The notes under the pieces are model-generated. The model ran no database searches. It was given only the letters and a program-made list of their open reading frames with translations, and had not been told where the DNA came from. DNA of 64,000 bases from a virus (taxonomy: Duplodnaviria > Caudoviricetes). The position numbers were made by a program, and so were the translations under genes. Below, piece by piece: positions 48,673 through 57,600 of the stretch (within the stretch, counting starts at the first letter, position 1; each line of letters starts with the position of its first letter). Location: IMG/VR virus record IMGVR_UViG_3300028833_000098, positions 1 to 64,000 of that record; one strand, 5' to 3'.

Positions 48673-50256
48673 ATGAACAGTACTGTTATGAATACTATTA
48701 AAGCTATGATCGAACATAAGAAATATTCTGTTATAACCGAATATGCGAATGTTGTTCATGGAAAGAATAACTTATTTGTTTCTGAATATGGTGGAAACAA
48801 TGTAAGACTATACAAGGACAACGATAACAATGTACGAGTTCTCTGTCCTAAGAACATGGATACTGTACAGGAAGGTTACTTGGCAAAAGCTATTGCCGAT
48901 GGATCTGTGTTTGATGATGCTGATGATATTGATAAGAATGCTTCAGTTATCGAGAGAACTTCAATCCCTTATGATGCAATGATCAATGTTGGTAAAGAAC
49001 CTCCTAAGAACCTTAAACCCATGATCGCTATCGTAGTTGGTAGAATGGGTGATGATGGTTCATTTAGTGTTACTGATGCTGACAGAACCAACGGCGTTAA
49101 TTTCGTTAAGGATGTAACTGCTGCTAATGCAAATGGTGATTCTATAAATGGTGTAGTTGACAATTATCTCGAAAAGGATAAGGAAGGTTTCTATACACCT
49201 GATATCGGTAAAAATATATCAGGACTCAATAATGAGCTTGATGATGTAAATGATACTGATCCCGGCGATGTTGTATCTGATGATGATACAGTTGATTCAT
49301 ACGATGATTATGATATGGATGAATTCGAACGTGATCCTGATGCGCCTGATGAGGAACCCAGCAATCCTGAAGAGGATGGAGTAAACGATGTTCCTCCTGC
49401 CGTTGATCCTGATGCTGATTCAGCATCTGATGCAGAAGATGATGCAGATGAGACAGATAAGACAGAAGAAGTTGAAGAGTGTGGTGACACTAATACTGTT
49501 GAAGAATGCGGTAATAACTGCGTTCCCACAACTACAACTGAATCTGATGAAACTGGTGAGGAAACATTGAGTGCATCAATGGACAATAATGAAGAGACCG
49601 AACCTGCTGCACCTGAGGAAGATCCTATAGCTACAGATGTTGCTAATGGAATAATCGCAAGATATAAACGTGTATCCGAGTGTGGTAATAACTGTGTTCC
49701 CACTGGTAAGGCGGTTGTTCAGGAAGATGATATCGACAATGCTGAAACACCTTCTGATCCTGAAATAGATACACCAACTGATTCTGCAGTTGAACCTACA
49801 ACAGAACCTGCTAGTGATGTTGTATCTGAAGATGGCGCACCAACAGAGGAAACCACCGCTGATGGTTCAGTTAACAAATCACCAATGCCTATGTCGGCTG
49901 AGACAAAAACTATCGCAAACAACCAGATGCATCAGGAAGGTTTCTTAACAAAGAAGCCCAAAAAGCTAAAACCCATCGGAAGAGACGTGGTAGCATACAT
50001 AACTTGCGAGATGAATGATATACATTCAGCAAATGATCAAGCTATGTTAGCCGGTTATACTTGCTCTAAGATAGAACTGGTAGATTGGTACATCACCGTA
50101 CTTGATACTCAGGATCCTAAGTATATCGTACCTCATACACGTCAATATCTCGTAACTATTAAAGCACAGCTCGAAAGCCTGCTTGCACAGATATTGAAGA
50201 TTCGTCCTATCAATAGGACTGATCAGATTTGGCGTGTTAACTACCCAACAGTATAA
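48673..50256 (+). CDS. putative virion protein with a long acidic linker
   Basis: Folded-looking N- and C-domains; D/E-rich middle; VQEG, VQED and HQEG sites. Confidence 0.6.
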   Translation: MNSTVMNTIKAMIEHKKYSVITEYANVVHGKNNLFVSEYGGNNVRLYKDNDNNVRVLCPKNMDTVQEGYLAKAIADGSVFDDADDIDKNASVIERTSIPYDAMINVGKEPPKNLKPMIAIVVGRMGDDGSFSVTDADRTNGVNFVKDVTAANANGDSINGVVDNYLEKDKEGFYTPDIGKNISGLNNELDDVNDTDPGDVVSDDDTVDSYDDYDMDEFERDPDAPDEEPSNPEEDGVNDVPPAVDPDADSASDAEDDADETDKTEEVEECGDTNTVEECGNNCVPTTTTESDETGEETLSASMDNNEETEPAAPEEDPIATDVANGIIARYKRVSECGNNCVPTGKAVVQEDDIDNAETPSDPEIDTPTDSAVEPTTEPASDVVSEDGAPTEETTADGSVNKSPMPMSAETKTIANNQMHQEGFLTKKPKKLKPIGRDVVAYITCEMNDIHSANDQAMLAGYTCSKIELVDWYITVLDTQDPKYIVPHTRQYLVTIKAQLESLLAQILKIRPINRTDQIWRVNYPTV

Positions 50257-50270
50257 GGAGGGATAAATCA

Positions 50271-50843
50271 ATGGATGTAAAGAATCTTTCTATGACAACA
50301 ACCGTAGAGAACAATAAAAATCTCTTCGAGGATGTTGCTAAAGAATATAATAAAGCTAAAGATGTATTCCGAGTTCAATACAAAATACTGAACTATGATA
50401 AGATAATAGATGAACTCATATCTTATCTGGACGGATACAAGAAATATGCTGATAACGGTTCGGATAAATATAAAGGAAAGGTACTCACAATATCAAGAGC
50501 ATTTTTCGACAAAATGTTTACTGATAAAGAGTATAAAAGAAAGATCAACCTTTCGGAATTCAGAGAGATCAACTTCAATTATCTTAAGAGAACCAAGGAG
50601 CTCCAATCCGTAGTAGAATCTACATTGAAGGATGCTGAATCAAATGGAGAATTGAATTCTCTGATAAGAATGATAGATAACCAGTTTAAGAAACTGGCAA
50701 AGGTTAACCGAGATGATATGAAGATCTATCTTTGGATCGTTAATTCGGATTCAACATTCTTCAAGTTTAAGCTTGACGAAAAGACAAGAAAAGCGTATTA
50801 TGATAAATCCTCTCCGGTAATGCATAAAGTCGTTAAGAAGTAA
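50271..50843 (+). CDS. hypothetical helical protein
   Basis: RBS AAGGAGG; in the structural operon. Confidence 0.65.
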   Translation: MDVKNLSMTTTVENNKNLFEDVAKEYNKAKDVFRVQYKILNYDKIIDELISYLDGYKKYADNGSDKYKGKVLTISRAFFDKMFTDKEYKRKINLSEFREINFNYLKRTKELQSVVESTLKDAESNGELNSLIRMIDNQFKKLAKVNRDDMKIYLWIVNSDSTFFKFKLDEKTRKAYYDKSSPVMHKVVKK

Positions 50844-50855
50844 GGTGGTGATGAT

Positions 50856-51614
50856 ATGAATATATCGGATGTAATAAACGATATTAAATTATCACAAGGA
50901 CTTCAAAACATTGCACTTCCATTTGATGAACCTGTTGAAAATGTTATTGGGGAGATATTACGAATGACAGTTCGTGAATACTCTGAATTCAAACCATATA
51001 AACAGGAATGCTTTGCTGTAAAAAAGAATCTCAGATCTCCTAATGAGATTGCTAAAAAAGAAGGAATATTCTTCTTACCTGAAGAATGTACTCGGGCTCC
51101 TGTTAAAGATGCTAAAGCTGAAATAACTGGATCAACTCCTGATGATGCAATGGTTACTACAAATACATTCACTGTTGGTACACCATTTGTGGGTTTTGGT
51201 TCATATTATCCTCAGGACATTCTGAATGCACAAATGACAGGTGCTGCAATAAACAAATATTCTGGTTTATCATCACAATTGCCTAACTCGGAATATCTTG
51301 GTTATAACAAAATCAAGTTATATAATTTCCCTGAGCAATGTTTCATCAAGTTCACTGTGGAAAGAGTTCATGACTATTCATTGGAGACTCTTCCTGATAC
51401 TTGCTATGAGACATTCGTTGAACTGGCAACGTTGGATGTGCAGCGTACATTATACAACCAGATTAAAAACATGCAAAATGTTGGTTCTGCATTTAAAGAA
51501 ATTCAATTAAAGATTGAAGACTGGTCTGGTGCAGAAAAAGAACAAAAAGCATGGATGGAAAAATACCGTGGTACATTCCATCTTGATAAACCCGATCTAA
51601 TTACGTTCTTCTAA
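50856..51614 (+). CDS. putative neck / head-tail adaptor protein
   Basis: Size and position; C-terminal FVELATLDVQRTLY..IQLKIEDWSGAE pattern typical of jumbo-myophage neck proteins. Confidence 0.5.
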   Translation: MNISDVINDIKLSQGLQNIALPFDEPVENVIGEILRMTVREYSEFKPYKQECFAVKKNLRSPNEIAKKEGIFFLPEECTRAPVKDAKAEITGSTPDDAMVTTNTFTVGTPFVGFGSYYPQDILNAQMTGAAINKYSGLSSQLPNSEYLGYNKIKLYNFPEQCFIKFTVERVHDYSLETLPDTCYETFVELATLDVQRTLYNQIKNMQNVGSAFKEIQLKIEDWSGAEKEQKAWMEKYRGTFHLDKPDLITFF

Positions 51615-51630
51615 TAACCATATGGTTTAT

Positions 51631-51658
51631 TATGATGGGGACATCAGTCCCCATCATA
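51631..51658 (+). terminator. hairpin/terminator
   Basis: TATGATGGGGAC-ATCA-GTCCCCATCATA. Confidence 0.65.
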
Positions 51659-51692
51659 TAAGCCTCATCTATATAATAAGGAGGTGAATGTA

Positions 51693-54600
51693 ATGGCCCG
51701 TAACTTAGTTACACAGACATTAAATATTCTCCAAGGTGGCGTCAAAGAAGCTGGTAAAGATTATTTTTCTAATATGATATCTTTCTACAATGATGCCAAA
51801 AATGTTAAGAATACACTGATAAATTCCGGTACGGATGTATCAGATACGTTTGCTCGTTTAAAGAGAACCAATGTTACTAAAGCTATTTCGGATTGGTTCT
51901 ACCAGGAAGAATCTTCTTCTGAGATGGAGCTCAATGGTAACACAGATGAATTCGATCCCGGATTTAAAGGTTCTGATTCTGATAGTCCAAAATTAGACGG
52001 TGAATCAAGTAAGCCATCTGGTCTTACTGTTGATGCTATGATGAATATCTCCAATAAGCAAACAAATGCTATATTGAAGGTAGGTCGTCGTCAGAACGAA
52101 CAGTCAGTGGCTAACACCGCAGAAATCATTTCTACAATCGATACTCGTTCTGCAGAAATGATTACTTCTTTGAATAATATCAACAAGACACTGTTGGGAA
52201 TCAGTAGCCGTCTTGATAAGATCATCGAATTACAGGCTGTTCCACTCACAGATCAAAAGGAAATTGATAAGGGTGGTCTCTATCAGGATGGTAATCTATC
52301 GCTGATGAGAATCTTTGAAGCTACAAAACAAAATGTTTTGACAACCGGACCAATGTCATTATTGACAACTGGTATCGATATGCTTCGTTCAGGAGCATTG
52401 ACACCAACGGCTCTTGCTGGTATTGGCATCAAAGGCCTTGCTGGTAAGATAAAGGTTAACGGTAAATCATTCGATGATTGGGGTAATGCATTCAATGAGT
52501 TGATTGGAACTGCAACCCAAACGGCAATGAATGAAATGATCAATTCCAATTTCTTCCAAAAATACATTGGTAAGATAACTGGATTTGAAGGTAATAAGGA
52601 TTATGGAACGATAGTCCCAAATCATTATGATAATAAACGTGCCGTGTTTGACGGAATGACAAGACAATCTATTGTCAATGTAATTCCGGAAATGCTTGCT
52701 AAGATCAATGAGTCATTATCAGGTCAATCATATTCACTTGATAGTCGTGGTAAATGGGTAGCTGGTCCTGCGAAGAATGAGTTCAATGAAGTAACGCGTG
52801 CTTCATTTGGTAGCTCTGGTCTCAAGGATAATACTATAAATTCAATTTCCAATGCTGGTGTACAGAGTATTGGAAAGAAGATACCAACGGCTGATATTGA
52901 AAAAGCTGCAAAGGCTCTCACGATGACCATCGTTATGGATCAACACGCTAAGGGTGATCGTGCATTTACAATATCACAACTCAAGGGTGATTTAACAAAC
53001 CAGGTCATTCAGGCATGTGAAGTATTGTCAATGACAGGTGGAGATCCAAAATACTGGGCAAAGGTTTGTAATTCAATCATTATACAACTTTCATCTGGTA
53101 TGATGGATGCTGCAGGTTTTGTTCGTAATGTAAATGACTCTGTTCAAAGGATGATAAATGAAGCTACTCAGTTTGCTCAGTCTGGTAAACAGAATGCTTC
53201 ACAAGCAACAACGTTGTCATTCAATATGGCAGCTAACCAGTTCTTGGAACAATATGCACCTAAGGCAGAAACCGCCAAGATTGCTGAATCACATAACAAG
53301 GGTACTCTTATCGATGGTAAAAACATCAGAGTTGATGAAAGCAATAAGGTTGGTAAATTCTCTGTTAATCAGTACATCGGAGGTATCTTCTATTTACTCA
53401 ATAGAGGTATCAATGTTCGTATTGATAAAGACGGTTCTAAATACGATGGTATTAATCTTGCTGATGTAAAACCTGACTCTGTACCATATGTATCTGATGA
53501 TACGTTTGGCAAGATGGTCAAAGGTATGCTTGCTGGCAATAAAAATGCCGTTAGTGATGCCGTTAAAGAAGAGATGGGTGTTGCTAAGAAGGAAAAAGGA
53601 TTCATCAGTAAGATACTCGATAATCCTGCAATGCTTTTCAATTCATTGACGAATATGTTCACTGGAGGTAGTGTAAATTTCCAGGGATTGAAAGACAAAG
53701 CCAAGAGTATACTTGGTGAAGAAAGATATAATGCCATCGCTGATAAGCTCTCTGGTGTTAAAGATCGCATTACTCATGATGATAGATATATTGCAGCTAA
53801 ACTTGCAGCAGAAGAAACTGTTGAAAAGTTAAAGAACAAGGGCAATGAGTTATATGATAAATTTGGTCATACACGTATTGGAAATAATATGATGTATGCA
53901 AAGGATTCATTAAAACTCAAGGCTGCTGAAGATACCATCAATCATATGAAAATTGATGATGAGATGGATCAAGAAGCTGTGTCAATCGCAAAGTATTATA
54001 CAAGCAGAGGTATGCTTGATGAAGCAGCTTCGGCAGTATCAGGTATAAAGAATGAGAATGTAAAAACTGCATTTTTGAACTTTGTAAGTATTCAGAAGAA
54101 GCGTTTACTTGGCCAACAAGCATTAGCCGAAGGAGAAACTCCTGATATCGGATCAATATTAATTGAAAAAGATATCAAGGAGGGTAAGGATGGCAAGCCA
54201 GGTACAACCAATTCATTGTTATTCAAAATACTTGGTATAGTTGGTAAGATTGGTAAGTTCGTTGGTAATATGGCAACTCGTGGTATTACCAACATCTTCT
54301 ATGGCTTGAAGTCAATGGGTCAAGCTTTGTTCGGTTATGAAGACTTTGATCCTGTTAAAGGTATCAAGTACAAGAACAAAGGTATCTTTAGAAATCTTAC
54401 AACTGAACTTGTCGCAGCTCAATGGAGAACAGCGAAGCATATAGTCAATGGCATCAGTAATCGAGTATTTGGTGAAGGTGATGCCGAATTCGTTGACGGA
54501 AAACTTGTTAATACCAAAAAGAAAACTCTTCATGAAAGATACAATGATAAAATCGACAAACTCGCCAGAACCAAAAATATTGTGGATGAAAACGGTTTTG

Positions 54601-57600
54601 TCATTGACAGTGAAGAGAGTTGGCTGAATAAAACGGCAATAGGTTCCTATAGTCGTGAAGCAAAGTTTGTTGACGGAAAGTTCCAGGGATACGAACTTCG
54701 AAAAGACACTGCCATGACATATGCCGACACGTTGAAACATCCAATTGAGGCTGTTTCCAAGGCTCTTGGAAACTTCAAACAGAATTTGGATTTCGTTGGT
54801 GAGAAAGCTGTTGAAGGAGTAAAGACAGCTATAACCGAAGTATCAGGTTTCCTCAAAAATCTGAAAACAAACATCGGAAAAGCATGGACAGGTTTCAAGA
54901 ATACCAAGGTTGGTAATGCATTAACAAATAACAAAATCACAAGAGGATTCTTCTCTGGATGGAATCAAGCAAAACAGGCTAGACTTGAAAAGCAACAAAA
55001 GAAGAAGAAAGAAGAAGACAGATACGAGCATCCGCTTCAAGCAGAAATCGTTGATAGTATATCTCCTACAGAAGGACAAGCCACAGGCCATAAAAAGAAA
55101 AGCATATTCCATGAGATATATGAAAAGCTCTTCGGAAGTAAAAATGATAGCGTAGTATCTCTGTTGAAGAAACAGGTTGACTTCCAGGAAGAAGAAGCTT
55201 CAGAAAATAAGAATAATACTACCGATGATGAATCTGGTAAGAAAAAGGGAATCATTGAAAGAGGCAAGGATTTCATAGCGTCAGCAAAGGCTAAAGTAAC
55301 AAGCATGTTTTCATCTGAAAAGGACATTTCTCCTGCTGACGGTGCCGTTAGTGGTGGTGGCATGCTCAGCCATATCGGAAACACCTTAGGTAGTATGGCC
55401 AAGATGTTCGGTGGTTTCTTACAGATGTTTGCAGGTGTTGCTGAACTGATTGGTTCGATAGTTATGAGTTTGGAGGGATTCCAAGCATTACGAGATCTTG
55501 TAAAGAGTATTCTCGTTGATGGTTTGAAACCTTTGAACGAAGTATTCTATACAATCATAGATCTGATAAAACCTGTTACAAAGGTATTGACGAAGATAGT
55601 TAAGGTAATCGCTGAAACTATTAGTACAATAGCAAATGCAATTATCGATACAATCTCGCCTATCATAGAAGCATTAGAACCAATATTTGATTCGTTGTTT
55701 AAGATACTATCACCTATTTTGAAAGTAGTTACAGTAATACTTGACGTAGTACTTATGCCTATCAAGATGATACTCGAAGTATGTCAGCCTCTATTTGAAG
55801 GAATTGCATACAGAGTACAAGCTATTTCAGGTATACTTGAAATGGGCGTTGGCTTCTTGATGTCTGGCTTAGGAAAGATAATCACTGGTATCGGATTCGT
55901 TGCAGATCTATTGGGTAAATTCTTACCCGGTGATGACAAGGAAGTTGATGTTACTCTTGGTGAAGTAGGACTAAACATAATGAATGGTGCGGACGAGATG
56001 ATGGATCAAGGTAAGCAAGACTTCCTCGAAGGTATCGAAGGTGCCTGGGGCAAACTTCTTGAATTCTTCACCGGTACACCATACGAAGGCAAGTCCAAAG
56101 AAGTTATTTCAGAAGCATACGGCGTTCCAGCTAAACTCGGCAATGACTTCGGAGCTGGTGATGTTTATACAACAAACAACTATTACGGTTCAGGTAATCC
56201 TATGGATCAACACTCATACGGAAATTTCATGAACATGTCAAATCGTGGTTGTGGACCTGTTGCGCTTGCTGATGCATACGGTCGTCGTTCAGGTAACCAG
56301 GTTAATCCTGCATTACTCACAGGCGTAATGGGTGCAAGTGGAACATATGATCCTAGCAGAGGAACATCGGTTTCTTCGATGATGGCTATGGGTAATGCCA
56401 TGGGAATGGGTATGCGTGCAGGTGGAGTTACTGCAGCTTCATTACAGCAAGCATCTCCTACCAATCCAATCACAATTCTTGGTAGTGGTGCTGGATTCGG
56501 CACACGTAAAGGAAGCAATCACTATGTCAACGTGGTTGGTTCTGATAAGAATGGTGGTACATATGTATCCAATCCATTAACAGGTAGAATCGAAAGACAT
56601 TCAACAGGTAACATCGTTAACAATTCTAAACTCGGTCTATACGGCTCTGGTGACGATAGTGATCTATCAGAGTATGGATTCTCACAGGATGCACAGGATT
56701 CACTCAATCGTCTCAAGGAGATTACCAATAAACTCACTGGTATGTTCCTTGGTGACGATGATAGTACTACTCGTGCTAAGAACAAGAAGGCTGTTGAACA
56801 TATGAAGAACACCCTCAAGAAAGAGGATTACGATGCTGTCGAAACACAGGTTGTTGCTGAACTCAAGAATCGTTATCCAAAATATGAAGACGAAACCGAC
56901 GATGAATATGAGAAACGTATAAGACTGAAACTCGTTACTCCCGAAGGTACTAAGTTACTTGTTAGCTTTGGTTCTGATAAGATGAAGAATACCGTTGAAG
57001 GTAGAATTGCATCACAGAATGAAGGAATCAACTCAATGATGGAGGCTGATAAAGCTTCTCGTGAAGCATTGTCTGCAGCATATGATTCATTTAAATCACA
57101 ACTTGCATCATCGGGTGTTGAATCAGTTACAGGTGCCGAGATGGCAATGTTTGAACCAATCATTCATCTCACTCCAGAGCTTACAAAACAAGAAGCAAAT
57201 GGTAGATACATTTCTTCACCTGTACATGACTTCTTTAATGCAACGAGCGTTGAAGGTAAGGTTGGTGCCAATAGATCCGGTGGTGCAAAGGGTACTGTTT
57301 ATAGTGCTGGCCGTGGTGGTTGGTTCGGTAATTACGGTGGTCCTCAAAACGACGAAGGTGTTGGTTCTACAGGTAAGGTTCATGAAGGTGTACTCCTTCA
57401 TTATCTCAATGACGCTGGTGATGGTAATGCAGTAGCTAGAGCTATAACCGGTGGTACAGTAACATACGTTACAAAGGATAAAGAAGGTGCTGGTAATGGT
57501 CTTGGTAATGCTGTAAAGTGGCGTGACTCTGGTGGTATGTATCACTGGTACATGCATATGGCATCCATCGATAAGGATGTACAGGAAGGTACTAACATCG

